Below, piece after piece: positions 17,411 through 27,043 of a DNA stretch of 64,000 nt. How positions within the stretch are numbered: the stretch's first letter is position 1; every line of letters begins with the position of its first letter. The notes below the pieces were generated by a model. It had not been told where the DNA came from. It did not search any database and saw nothing but the letters and a program-made list of their open reading frames with translations. The stretch comes from a virus, in IMG/VR virus record IMGVR_UViG_3300022916_000008, positions 26,857-90,856 of that record, one strand, 5' to 3'. The position numbers and the translations under genes are program-made.

Positions 17411-17758
17411 ATGAAAATTGAATTAATATCAAATCAACAACATCTGTTTATTAAGGAAATGTATGAGAAGCATCCAGTATTGACTTCCCAAAATGAAGGT
17501 TATGAATATATTGATAAATCGAAGTTTGCCAAAGAAGAGAAAGAAGCTTTTGATAATATTGAAGCTATACTTAAGAAGCATATAACAGGATTTCATGAAT
17601 TCAATAACTTTAGAATATCAAGAAAGACTAATGAGTTAGAATTGCGCTTTCAATATTCTTGGACTGCTGATGATCCTGATTCTAGAGTTTCTTTTTCAGG
17701 AGTAGGATACATTTTACTTGATGAACTTTTAAACGGATTTGATAAACTTCGTAGGTAA
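17411..17758 (+). CDS. Hypothetical protein
   Basis: TAATG-coupled ORF. Confidence 0.7.
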   Translation: MKIELISNQQHLFIKEMYEKHPVLTSQNEGYEYIDKSKFAKEEKEAFDNIEAILKKHITGFHEFNNFRISRKTNELELRFQYSWTADDPDSRVSFSGVGYILLDELLNGFDKLRR

Positions 17759-18060
17759 TGACTACCCAAGAAATATATGACAGAGCCGTAAATTATGGTT
17801 GTAGTCTTGAATGTACATGTGTAGACATAACGCAAAACAAATGGGATAGTCTTATGGAGGGACACACCAGAGCAAATCGGATATTAGTTGTAAAAGCTGC
17901 AATGATAGCTGGAATACTAAATGATGAAGAAGGTAGAAAAGAGACCAGACAACCTTGGCATAATCCTTATAATCATTACAAAACTAAAACGCATTTGATC
18001 TATGTCCATCCCTGTACTGAACACTTTATAAAAGTAAATGATGACGAGAGACGTATTTAA
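17758..18060 (+). CDS. Hypothetical protein
   Basis: TAATG-coupled ORF. Confidence 0.7.
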   Translation: MTTQEIYDRAVNYGCSLECTCVDITQNKWDSLMEGHTRANRILVVKAAMIAGILNDEEGRKETRQPWHNPYNHYKTKTHLIYVHPCTEHFIKVNDDERRI

Positions 18061-18222
18061 GGAATTAGGGAACATTCTTGACCCTAATAGATGTGAGAGC
18101 TGTATACTCATGGAATCGGGTAGAAATACTACTATATGCAGGGCAAATGGGAAGCCTATTCCTGATATCACTGGACAGCCTATATGGTGTCCTAAAAAGA
18201 AAACCCTTTAATAAACAAGACA

Positions 18223-19260
18223 ATGAATAAACCAAAAAAGACAGAAGAAGTAAAAGAAGTAATCGTGCAAAAGATTATTATCGAAGACAACAGTAAGGCA
18301 GTAGAGCTGACACTTGATCAGTTGAGAGAAACAAGAACGTTTGCAGATGCATTTGGTAACATGCCTGAGAAGTTCCTTAAAGAACACCATATCTTTATCA
18401 AGGATATTATGGATATGGCAGAAGGTGTTGGTGCAAAGCCTAGCATAGGACAGATATTGGCTCCATCAAAAGGTATTGAGAAAATATCATTAGCAGAAGC
18501 AGAAGAAAAAGGACTTGATCAGGACCTTGCCGAGAACACTTGTGTAAAGGTCGTTATTGGACGTATTGATCTTGGTGATAAGTTTGCCAAGAAGTTATGG
18601 AATCTTGCAATAGGGTTCATGTATAATGAAAAGGGAATGGAGATATGCGTTGGCACTAACATCGCTATATGTAGTAATCTCACAATCTTTGGTGAAGGAG
18701 TTCATTACAAGAGTCATGGACGTGGCGCAATTAGTATATCCGAGATGTATGTTAATGTAAAAACATGGCTTGAGAACCTTGAAGGTTTTGATACTGTTAA
18801 TTCAGAGCTACTGGAACGTATGATAGCAATTCCTATTGATTGGGATAAAGGTACTGAATCATTCGTTGGTCACTGTCTTAAAGCTGCTGTAAGGCGTAAT
18901 TATCATAAAGGCAATGCTTTTCCTTTAAACATGACAGAAGTAGGACGTATGACCTCTTATTTGATCGGACAAGAAGGAACAGAAGATGCTGAGAACCCTT
19001 CATTGTATCACTTGTATAATGCCGGAACATGGTTGCTAACACATTCAGATGATTTACCAAATAAGTATGGTACTATCAAAGAGTTTACTGAATGGTTTGA
19101 GAAAGAATGGTTAATCCCTGCAGAAGAAGTTGCTGCATTAGCTGTTATCGAAGAGCCTTTTAAGGATGAAGTTGAAAACGATGAAGGACTTGCTAATGTA
19201 CCAGACAATATTGTAGATGATACAGGGTTTCCTCTTGAAGATGATGGTAATGGAGAATAA
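18223..19260 (+). CDS. DUF932/DUF3871-like protein with acidic tail
   Basis: 'GTNIAICSNLTIFG' and 'SLYHLYNAGT' motifs typical of the DUF932 superfamily. Confidence 0.65.
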   Translation: MNKPKKTEEVKEVIVQKIIIEDNSKAVELTLDQLRETRTFADAFGNMPEKFLKEHHIFIKDIMDMAEGVGAKPSIGQILAPSKGIEKISLAEAEEKGLDQDLAENTCVKVVIGRIDLGDKFAKKLWNLAIGFMYNEKGMEICVGTNIAICSNLTIFGEGVHYKSHGRGAISISEMYVNVKTWLENLEGFDTVNSELLERMIAIPIDWDKGTESFVGHCLKAAVRRNYHKGNAFPLNMTEVGRMTSYLIGQEGTEDAENPSLYHLYNAGTWLLTHSDDLPNKYGTIKEFTEWFEKEWLIPAEEVAALAVIEEPFKDEVENDEGLANVPDNIVDDTGFPLEDDGNGE

Positions 19261-19408
19261 CATGGAGAAGCCAAAAGTAAGTAAAGACATTACGGATTGG
19301 TCAATGGAAATGCAGTTTGGTTGGAGAGACGGAAAGAAGCTCCCAAATCCAGATAGTGGAGTTAAAGTAATAAAGACTCCAAGGCAAGTAAAGACCAAGT
19401 AGTAACAT

Positions 19409-19451
19409 AGTCCTCTCGCTGTCACAGATGATCGTGAGGGGACTTTCTTTT
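19409..19451 (+). terminator. Putative terminator
   Basis: AGTCCTCTC/GAGGGGACT stem followed by TTCTTTT. Confidence 0.55.
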
Positions 19452-19470
19452 AATATCTAATGAAACACCC

Positions 19471-19800
19471 ATGAGAAGAATGAAACGTGTCACAGACGGC
19501 AATAATCCAAATGGTACTCCAGACAATGTATTCTTTATGAAAAGCTATGGAGCAGAACCGCATAATCTAAAGATTCCATATTCTATTGCCGAAGTAGTAA
19601 GAAACTATTACGACAAGGGAATGAAGCAGTCAAAGATATGTGCTATCGTTGGCCTTGACAAATCGTCTGTTAATAAAATTATATCATTTAAATCACACGT
19701 AACAAACTCCCGAACAGTATCTCCAGAAGAGGCAATACAGCTTGGAGTAACAAGCGGAGAATCTGTTATGAAAATGTTTAAGTATGAGAAAAATATATGA
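19471..19800 (+). CDS. HTH DNA-binding protein
   Basis: 'GMKQSKICAIVGLDKSSVNKII' helix-turn-helix. Confidence 0.7.
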   Translation: MRRMKRVTDGNNPNGTPDNVFFMKSYGAEPHNLKIPYSIAEVVRNYYDKGMKQSKICAIVGLDKSSVNKIISFKSHVTNSRTVSPEEAIQLGVTSGESVMKMFKYEKNI

Positions 19801-19987
19801 AGTAAAAATTCAATGGCTTGATGATGAAAAAGAAATTGTATCAGGACTATTGTTTGAAGAAGGTGATTTTGAAGATAATGATAATATTTTCTTTTATATA
19901 TCGTCTGAAAATGATCTCAAAGAACTTATGAAAGAAGGATCAGCAAATGATTTTATTGTATTAGACTATCACAAACTAAATTCTTAA
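19784..19987 (+). CDS. Small acidic hypothetical protein
   Basis: Coupled ORF. Confidence 0.6.
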   Translation: MRKIYEVKIQWLDDEKEIVSGLLFEEGDFEDNDNIFFYISSENDLKELMKEGSANDFIVLDYHKLNS

Positions 19988-19989
19988 TT

Positions 19990-20520
19990 ATGGCTGATAA
20001 AAAACCTGAAAAGAAAACAACTGATAACTTTAAGGCTATAATCTTAAAGACACTTGAGAAGAGAGCAAAAGACGATGAATTGTTTGCAAAGACATTCAAA
20101 AAAGAAAACAAGAACATTGATGATTGTATAAAGTATATTCTCAATACAGTCCAGAAAAGTAAGATACAAGGGTTTACTGATGATGAAGTATATGCAATGG
20201 CAGTTCATTATTATGATGAAGATGAAATTGAAGTAGGAAAGGACAATAAATGTCAAGTAGTAGTTAATCATACAGTAGTGCTTACAGAAGAAGAAAAGAA
20301 AGAAGCCAGACAAAAGGCTATTGATGATCTTGCCAGAGAGCAAAAGAATAAGATGAAAGGTGTGGGGAAGAAGAAAGAAGCTCCTACCAGTCCAGCTATT
20401 GACTTTACCAAAAAGAATGAAGATTATCCAGACACAGGCCTAGAGAAAGCAATCAAACAAGAAAAGGCCAAACCTAAAGCAGAACCAAAACCTGTTGCAG
20501 TACAGGGATCATTATTTTAA
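19990..20520 (+). CDS. pcfK: PcfK-like protein
   Basis: 'D.LFA....K..KNIDDC..YI...V.KS...GF.DDE.Y.MAVHYYDED', C-terminal QGSLF. Confidence 0.88.
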   Translation: MADKKPEKKTTDNFKAIILKTLEKRAKDDELFAKTFKKENKNIDDCIKYILNTVQKSKIQGFTDDEVYAMAVHYYDEDEIEVGKDNKCQVVVNHTVVLTEEEKKEARQKAIDDLAREQKNKMKGVGKKKEAPTSPAIDFTKKNEDYPDTGLEKAIKQEKAKPKAEPKPVAVQGSLF

Positions 20521-20523
20521 GAC

Positions 20524-21804
20524 ATGGAACCAAAAACTAAACTACAGAAAAGAGTATATAGAAATAGCAGAAGACTTCCGTCATTAACTAAAAAGCATGA
20601 ACAATGGGCTGCTGATAACTTATTTGATGCTTGGCTGTATAAGACGAATAAAACTAATATATGCTTTAATTGTGCTCATGAATGGAGTGATGGTATTCGC
20701 AGAGATGCATTGTTAGCGCAATTTACTACTTGCCCTAATTGTAAGAAGGACTTGAAGTTAACAGAGAAAAAGTCATGGAGGCATAGAGACATTAATCAGT
20801 TCTGTATTCTTACTGTTATTGATGGATTCCAAGTAGTACGATATGTCGAAGCAATACAGTATTGTGTAAAAGGAGAGCCTGTAGAATATGACCTATACGA
20901 TATATTCTCTCATTGGATTAGCCCTGATGGTAAAACAACTGGTATATCAAAACTTAGAGCAATGTATGGTTATTACAACTTTTCTGAGTGGAGCAGATGT
21001 TCTACATTAGAGATAAGGCAAAATTTGGCATACAATACTTATGCTGTTGAAAGTTATAAGAATGGTCGTGTTATTCCAGAACTTAAGCGTAATGGATATG
21101 ATGGCAATGTTTATGGCTATGACACATCAATGTTCTTTAGGTACTTATTAAGTGAGCCAATATTTGAAACATTGTTAAAGAAAGGACAACTTGGGTTATT
21201 GAAAAGTTATAAATCACAGTACGATTCAATAAACAAGTTATGGGCACAGATCAAAATATGCTTTAAGAACAATTATGTTATTGAAGACTTTGTGATGTGG
21301 AAAGATTATCTTGTATTGCTACATAAGTTCGGCAGGGATGTGTATAGTCCAAGATGGATATGTCCTGTTGATTTAAACAAAAGACATGATAAGCTTGTGG
21401 AGAAGGCTAGGAAGTTGAGACAGAAGGAGAAGCTGGAAGAGCTTAAAGATAAAATCCGAGTAGATAATATCAAATACAGAAAGAAGATAAAGAAGTTCCT
21501 TGATGTTAGATTTTCTAATGATAACATTGAAGTTGTTGTAATCAAGAATGTAAAGGAGCTGCTAAAGGAAGGAGATGAATTGAATCATTGTGTATTTAGC
21601 AGTAATTACCAGAACAGATCTAATTCATTGCTTTTGTCTGCAAGAAAGGGTAAGCAGAGAATTGAAACGATTGAGGTTAATCTTAATTCCATGACAATAG
21701 AGCAAGCAAGAGGATCGGGTAATAAGCCTACAGAGTATCATGAGGAAATTGTTAATTTAGTAAACCAGAATATTAAAACATTGAAAAGGATAAAAGTGTC
21801 ATGA
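20524..21804 (+). CDS. pcfJ: PcfJ-like protein
   Basis: Zn ribbon (C..C / CPNC), 'EG..L.HCV', 'RIETIEV', 'Q.RG..N'; directly follows pcfK. Confidence 0.9.
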   Translation: MEPKTKLQKRVYRNSRRLPSLTKKHEQWAADNLFDAWLYKTNKTNICFNCAHEWSDGIRRDALLAQFTTCPNCKKDLKLTEKKSWRHRDINQFCILTVIDGFQVVRYVEAIQYCVKGEPVEYDLYDIFSHWISPDGKTTGISKLRAMYGYYNFSEWSRCSTLEIRQNLAYNTYAVESYKNGRVIPELKRNGYDGNVYGYDTSMFFRYLLSEPIFETLLKKGQLGLLKSYKSQYDSINKLWAQIKICFKNNYVIEDFVMWKDYLVLLHKFGRDVYSPRWICPVDLNKRHDKLVEKARKLRQKEKLEELKDKIRVDNIKYRKKIKKFLDVRFSNDNIEVVVIKNVKELLKEGDELNHCVFSSNYQNRSNSLLLSARKGKQRIETIEVNLNSMTIEQARGSGNKPTEYHEEIVNLVNQNIKTLKRIKVS

Positions 21805-22061
21805 GTAATAAAAATAAATTAGGACAAGAGCCAGCATTTCCATCTGGAGAGATAGATATGGAAACATTTGAGCCAACAAAAGATCATCTGGGTATGTCAA
21901 AACGATTCTATGCAGCTTGTAAGGCTATGCAAGGACTTTGTAGTAGTGAACTAATAGGTATAACTGCAGAACAAGCAACTAAGAGGGTGCCTAGAGTAGT
22001 AAAATTGGCATATGTGTATGCAGACGAACTATTAAAACAAGAAGAAGATGAAAGTATTTAA
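21801..22061 (+). CDS. Conserved phage protein (PAFP...GMS.R.YAA..AMQG family)
   Basis: Motif common in phage early genes; function unknown. Confidence 0.7.
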   Translation: MSNKNKLGQEPAFPSGEIDMETFEPTKDHLGMSKRFYAACKAMQGLCSSELIGITAEQATKRVPRVVKLAYVYADELLKQEEDESI

Positions 22062-22317
22062 CGCACAACAAGTATTGAAAGAATTCCCCAATGAGCTTAG
22101 AAAGTATATTTGGGATAGTAGAGATAACCTTATGATGGTTGTTACAAATGAGTTTTGCATAGACTTGCCTAAGCTCGATGATACATTGGCTAGGCATGAT
22201 AAAGAGTATGATCACAAGAATTGTACTTACAAGGGAGAAGAGAATGTGTCTATGTCGGGTTATATCAAAGCCAAATATGGAGAAGATATCTCTAATACAA
22301 TTGAAAAACTAATGTAA
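22048..22317 (+). CDS. Hypothetical protein
   Basis: Coupled ORF. Confidence 0.65.
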   Translation: MKVFNAQQVLKEFPNELRKYIWDSRDNLMMVVTNEFCIDLPKLDDTLARHDKEYDHKNCTYKGEENVSMSGYIKAKYGEDISNTIEKLM

Positions 22318-22535
22318 TGAAAGTAACTAAAGATGGATTTGTTTGGAAGCTAATAACTCCATACAAAGCAAAGGAGATGTTCTATTACGGAATGTTCGAT
22401 ATATATCTATTATATGATGATGACAGTGAATCAAAGGCTGAAACAATGGTTGATATAAATACTCATGAAGGATTGTTTGGTATTGAAGTAGGTCATCTCA
22501 ACAGAAAAACATGGCAAAGAAACAACCTAGTGTAA
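22317..22535 (+). CDS. Hypothetical protein
   Basis: Coupled ORF. Confidence 0.65.
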   Translation: MKVTKDGFVWKLITPYKAKEMFYYGMFDIYLLYDDDSESKAETMVDINTHEGLFGIEVGHLNRKTWQRNNLV

Positions 22536-22975
22536 CAATCCCTGATCTAGCAATAGAATCATTTAGGATTGGTGATAAGCTAAGTGGTCCAGGTGGACAG
22601 AGAATCGAGATAACAGGATTCAAGGTGTCATGGGCTTTTTATGGTCAAGATCACATATTCTTTGATAAGTGCAACAATTGTTTAATGCTTGAATTTATTG
22701 AAGGTGGGGAGAAAAGAGAACGCAGGGCATGGATTCTAGCCAATGATTGGGTTATTGATGAAAAGGGAAAAGGAAGGGATGTTCCGGTCATACCAATTGG
22801 ATATGATTTTCCAGAGCTTATAAGAGGCGTAGAGCGACACAAGCCCAAGGAGTGGCCGAATGTATCAGAAGTACCAAAAGAGTTGAGTGGTAGCCCACTG
22901 ACAGCTTCTAAGGTATATAAAGAAAAGATTGTTGAACCGCCCAAAGAAGAAGAAGGGCAATTAAGTTTATTCTAA
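22511..22975 (+). CDS. Hypothetical protein with C-terminal clamp-binding motif
   Basis: Ends in QLSLF. Confidence 0.7.
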   Translation: MAKKQPSVTIPDLAIESFRIGDKLSGPGGQRIEITGFKVSWAFYGQDHIFFDKCNNCLMLEFIEGGEKRERRAWILANDWVIDEKGKGRDVPVIPIGYDFPELIRGVERHKPKEWPNVSEVPKELSGSPLTASKVYKEKIVEPPKEEEGQLSLF

Positions 22976-23196
22976 TGATAGGAATAGCACAAATAAAGGT
23001 AGGCGACTATGCTTTAAGAAGCCTTGGTATTGATCATGGGTTACAGAAAGATGATTGGGTGTTCATACTTAAAGCAGATCCCTGTCCTATTATGGGCAAA
23101 GGATATAGAGTTACTACTGACTCACAAGTATTGGGAGATGATTATTATTGGGTTAAGTCATCACATTTGAAAAACGTTTTAAAGTATAAGAAATGA
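22975..23196 (+). CDS. Hypothetical protein
   Basis: TAATG-coupled ORF. Confidence 0.6.
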   Translation: MIGIAQIKVGDYALRSLGIDHGLQKDDWVFILKADPCPIMGKGYRVTTDSQVLGDDYYWVKSSHLKNVLKYKK

Positions 23197-23324
23197 GTAA
23201 ATGCAGAAGAAGCTTGGATGATATTGATGTAGAACTTAAAACTGCAAGACAAATGTTAATACTCGTCTTGGTACTTTATGTTATTGCAGTAATACTAATG
23301 TTTTTAACAACTTAAATTATTTGA

Positions 23325-23534
23325 ATGAAAACAAGATTATTAAAAATCCTCAGAGCTAAGTTTTATGTAGAATATTATCCAAGTACAAAACAATATAGAT
23401 GTGTAACAGGAGATAGATCAGATGATACTTGGCATTCTAGCAAGGAAAGTGCAATAACTCAGAGAGAGTGTAATATTATCAATTACGGAAGAAAGTATTA
23501 CCGGAAATATTCAAAGCACATAAAGATTACCTAA
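23325..23534 (+). CDS. Small basic hypothetical protein
   Basis: ORF in operon. Confidence 0.6.
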   Translation: MKTRLLKILRAKFYVEYYPSTKQYRCVTGDRSDDTWHSSKESAITQRECNIINYGRKYYRKYSKHIKIT

Positions 23535-23552
23535 CCTTTTAAAGTATAAACA

Positions 23553-23813
23553 ATGGAAGTACATTTTAAGAAAAGCGTTTGGGAAAGAGTATCTATTCCA
23601 GACAGAATAACAAAAGAAGAATTAATTGCACTTATCGACAAACATAGTCCAGTTGAATTAAATCATCTGCTTGTAGATAAAGAAGAATGTTTGTGGGAGA
23701 ATATATTAGAAACAGAAGAGCTTCTTACTCCTGATGATAATGATAGTCAAACAACAATTGAACTATTGGATGATGAAGGAGTAACTATTTATAATAATCA
23801 AAAATATATGTAA
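23553..23813 (+). CDS. Acidic hypothetical protein
   Basis: ORF in operon. Confidence 0.65.
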   Translation: MEVHFKKSVWERVSIPDRITKEELIALIDKHSPVELNHLLVDKEECLWENILETEELLTPDDNDSQTTIELLDDEGVTIYNNQKYM

Positions 23814-24184
23814 TGGGTTGGACAAGTTATAGAACAAATGATTCCTTTATGGAAGTGTTTAAAAGCGAATATAGGCAATGGCATCAGCCAGATAGTGAGC
23901 ATCTAGTACGTCAATCAGTAGAAATGAAAGTAAGTCCACATGATTGGGATGAAGGTACTGACAGTGAAAGTGAAATATGGTCAGCAATAGAATGGAAAGG
24001 TAAAGGTATTTATGCTCATGTTCTATTAATGTCAAAACGTGATGGAGAAGTATATTTTAAGGGCATGGATGAAACAGTAGGGCCATATTCCAAAACAAGG
24101 TGTCCTGATGAAATATTCAATCTACTTACACCATTACCCGAAGATATTGAAGGGTATTCTAAAGACTGGAGGGCAAGACGATGA
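23813..24184 (+). CDS. DUF6927-like protein
   Basis: 'MGW...K.MDETVGP....CP..I...LT......WR' pattern. Confidence 0.55.
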   Translation: MGWTSYRTNDSFMEVFKSEYRQWHQPDSEHLVRQSVEMKVSPHDWDEGTDSESEIWSAIEWKGKGIYAHVLLMSKRDGEVYFKGMDETVGPYSKTRCPDEIFNLLTPLPEDIEGYSKDWRARR

Positions 24185-24426
24185 TCTATTTTGTATATGA
24201 AACAGATAAACATCAAACATACTGCTCTACCTGTATTAAAATGGTTGAGACCAATCACAGAAGAGCATTGGCTTTTTATAAAAAGATTGCTCCAGAGTGG
24301 GAAAAAGAAGAATGGAATTTATATTTCTCATACTTCAATATTGATGAACATCGAGAAGATCTAGGTAGTAGATCAAATATATTACGTTTATTAACTGTAA
24401 TTAAAAGCACTGAAGAAAATGAGTAA
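24181..24426 (+). CDS. Hypothetical protein
   Basis: Coupled ORF. Confidence 0.6.
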   Translation: MIYFVYETDKHQTYCSTCIKMVETNHRRALAFYKKIAPEWEKEEWNLYFSYFNIDEHREDLGSRSNILRLLTVIKSTEENE

Positions 24427-24775
24427 AATAATGAAATGTGAATGTTGTAAAATTAATGAAGCTGAGGTTAAAGACTTTAGAACAACAGATGAAATAACAT
24501 CCAGTTATCGTGTTTGTAGAAAATGTCAAGTACTATCAGATGAAGATTTCAGAGAAAAGAAATATGAAACTAATAAAATTGTTTCGTCAGGTGATTGGTA
24601 TTGTGAAAGATGTTTGTCTACAGAGGTTGAAATGAAGCTATGGGTTAATCTTAAAACAAAAGTATGTACTGATGATTTGGGTGACATAAAAGAAGTTAAT
24701 GGCATTGATGGTAATGGTGAAATTGACACTCATTGTGCTAATTGTGGCAAAGATGTAAACTTAAAACGATTATGA
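24419..24775 (+). CDS. Zinc-finger protein
   Basis: Four CxxC motifs. Confidence 0.7.
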   Translation: MSKIMKCECCKINEAEVKDFRTTDEITSSYRVCRKCQVLSDEDFREKKYETNKIVSSGDWYCERCLSTEVEMKLWVNLKTKVCTDDLGDIKEVNGIDGNGEIDTHCANCGKDVNLKRL

Positions 24776-24878
24776 AATACGATGAATACAAACTCGCTAA
24801 TCCTTGGGATGATCAAGAAGTTCATGAAGTGGATGAAGATGATCACCATGAAGAACAAGAAGAACTAAAAGAATAAAT

Positions 24879-25041
24879 GCTTCTTACTTCGAAATAATGT
24901 ACTCTGATTTCTTAGAGTGAGCAGTTGATGGGTATTGTGTCTGTCCTCGCAGATTAAGTCTACTGAGGTAAGAAGTTCCGAAAGGAGATTAGTTTCATAG
25001 TAGTTAACAATATCAAAGAATGACGAGCTGGAAAGACAGCT
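24879..25041 (+). ncRNA. Putative pseudoknotted ncRNA / leader of lysozyme gene
   Basis: GCTTCTTACTT/AGGTAAGAAGT, ACTCTGA/TTAGAGT, CAGTTGAT/GTCTACTG, GTCTGT/GCAGAT, TCC-GAAA-GGA, pseudoknot GGTATTGT/ACAATATC, and AGCTG-GAAAGA-CAGCT. Confidence 0.65.
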
Positions 25042-25060
25042 ATTTTTAAATAACAAAGCC

Positions 25061-25657
25061 ATGAGTAAACATAATTTATTTTTAACAAGTGTTTCTATAC
25101 TAACTATCCTTGCAATTGTATTGCTTGTAAAGGAGGTTCATCAGGAAAGAACTATTAGAGAGCCTTATACGGACATGGAGCAGTTTGATGAAGCATTCGT
25201 CCAAGAACAAGAAGATAAGGCCGTGTATAGCGCTGAAAAAGCTTTATATGACTATACCATTGACTTCATTAAGAATCATGAAGGTTATGTTGCCGAACCA
25301 TATCAATGTGCAGCTAATAAATGGACAATTGGTTACGGTCATAGAACGTATGGTCATGAATCATATAAGCATCTTACCGAAGTAGAGGCAGAGGCATTGC
25401 TAAGAACAGACTTTGATGTTCGCTTAGACATTGTAATGGAGAAATATCCTGAACTTAGCTTTCATCAACAAATAGCATTAGCACACTTCGCATTTTGTTG
25501 TGGAGTAGGCGCTATGGAGAAGATGTATGCCGATACAAGTATTGACGACATCGATAATTGGATTCATATATTGGGAAAGCCTAATAGCTTCTTGATAATG
25601 ATCCGTAAGTTTGAAACAGACATTTATAATAACAACCCTTTTGGACATGATAATTGA
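25061..25657 (+). CDS. GH24 (T4-type) lysozyme with N-terminal membrane anchor
   Basis: E-x8-C-x5-T triad in 'HEGYVAEPYQCAANKWTIGYGH'; N-terminal TM helix. Confidence 0.85.
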   Translation: MSKHNLFLTSVSILTILAIVLLVKEVHQERTIREPYTDMEQFDEAFVQEQEDKAVYSAEKALYDYTIDFIKNHEGYVAEPYQCAANKWTIGYGHRTYGHESYKHLTEVEAEALLRTDFDVRLDIVMEKYPELSFHQQIALAHFAFCCGVGAMEKMYADTSIDDIDNWIHILGKPNSFLIMIRKFETDIYNNNPFGHDN

Positions 25658-25818
25658 CATACAACACAACTTGCTTACTGTTAAGGAATACAAGAACTTT
25701 CTATTTCAATGGAATGGTATAGACAAGATAAAAAGTTATGAAACTCGCAAACGAAAGAGAAATGAATTGTGGGATAGGTGGCTGGAAAAGCTGAATAATG
25801 AAAAAAGATTAGAATAAA

Positions 25819-25851
25819 TTTGGAAACTACTACCAGAATGTAGTACGTTTG
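25819..25851 (+). promoter_or_regulatory. Bacteroidota sigma70-type promoter
   Basis: TTTG-N21-TACGTTTG. Confidence 0.7.
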
Positions 25852-25918
25852 AAGTCATGCTAAACATTCAATTAAATATCAATAATAAGAAAGACAGTGT
25901 CCCCGGACACACCCAGAG

Positions 25919-25966
25919 ACTCCTTGGTTGGATGTTTAGCAAAGTTGATAGCCAAGGAGTTTTTTT
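25919..25966 (+). terminator. Terminator within attenuator-like leader
   Basis: ACTCCTTGGTT/AGCCAAGGAGT followed by a T run. Confidence 0.65.
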
Positions 25967-26236
25967 ATTATACCCCCTCAAGATATAGCTACAATAACTA
26001 CAGTAGCGACACAGACACAGGCTACTTGAAAAGGTTAAACTTTATGACAAGTATTGGATCGGATAACTAAAATTGTAGACATCTCTACCTTTTTGTAGGC
26101 TTTTTGGTGTCAAAGAGAAAATACCTTATATGTCAAGAAAAAGAACTATAGCGCAAGCAACGTTATCCAAATAGTAAGTAATTAAATAGTAAATATATGT
26201 TAGATAATAGAGTAGGTTATAACTTAATAGTAAGAT

Positions 26237-26722
26237 ATGATTACCTTATGCTTCTTTGATGGCTCATGTGGAGATAGTGGTGATGGAAAGTTTCATAACC
26301 CTGGCGGTGAAATGGGAATAGGAGCTGTTGTATTCTGGAATATCGATATTGCTGTTTTTAAATCAATTATTAATAGGGAATTGTTGTCTGAGACAATATT
26401 ACATAGAGACTGTGATGAGATTAGTTACAGTGTTCCTCCACACAATTCTAATAGTAATAATGTTTCCGAATACATGGCAGTCATAGAAGTAATGAAACTA
26501 CTTAATAATAACAATGATAAAATTAGTCCAAAAGTATATATCCTTGGAGACAGTAGGCTTGTAATAGAGCAGCTTAATGGGTATTGGAAAATAAAGCAGG
26601 GAAGGTATAAAAAATATGCCTTGGAAGCTAAAGAAATGATAAAGCCAAGCTATAGATTTTTATGGATACCAAGAGAGTATAATGGCTATGCAGATATTTT
26701 ATCAAAACAAAAAGATATATGA
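26237..26722 (+). CDS. rnhA: Ribonuclease HI-like protein
   Basis: FDG...NPG..G.G, SNNVSEY.A, GDSRLVI.Q..G.W, WIPRE.N..AD.L. Confidence 0.9.
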   Translation: MITLCFFDGSCGDSGDGKFHNPGGEMGIGAVVFWNIDIAVFKSIINRELLSETILHRDCDEISYSVPPHNSNSNNVSEYMAVIEVMKLLNNNNDKISPKVYILGDSRLVIEQLNGYWKIKQGRYKKYALEAKEMIKPSYRFLWIPREYNGYADILSKQKDI

Positions 26723-27039
26723 AAAAACTAGAACAGACAAGATTACAAAGACTATGGATGCAATTTAAGTCATGGATAAAACCTACAAAGCTTGACCTTG
26801 TAAACGAATTACGAGGTATTGATATGTTCGAACTACCAGAGTGCGATTACAAAGAACTTCCCGGTAAAAAGTTTGAACCATTTAAAATGACGATGAATCG
26901 TAATGAGTTTGATAAAGATATCATTTACCAAGACTCTTCTTTTACAAGAATTAAGATTATTGAACCACCCAAATATAAGCGTTTCTTGTTTTTTTGGAAG
27001 AGACGTTGGGAATATACAGTAGAACCTTATAAAGAATAA
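26719..27039 (+). CDS. Hypothetical protein
   Basis: Coupled ORF. Confidence 0.65.
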   Translation: MKKLEQTRLQRLWMQFKSWIKPTKLDLVNELRGIDMFELPECDYKELPGKKFEPFKMTMNRNEFDKDIIYQDSSFTRIKIIEPPKYKRFLFFWKRRWEYTVEPYKE

Positions 27040-27043
27040 TACT

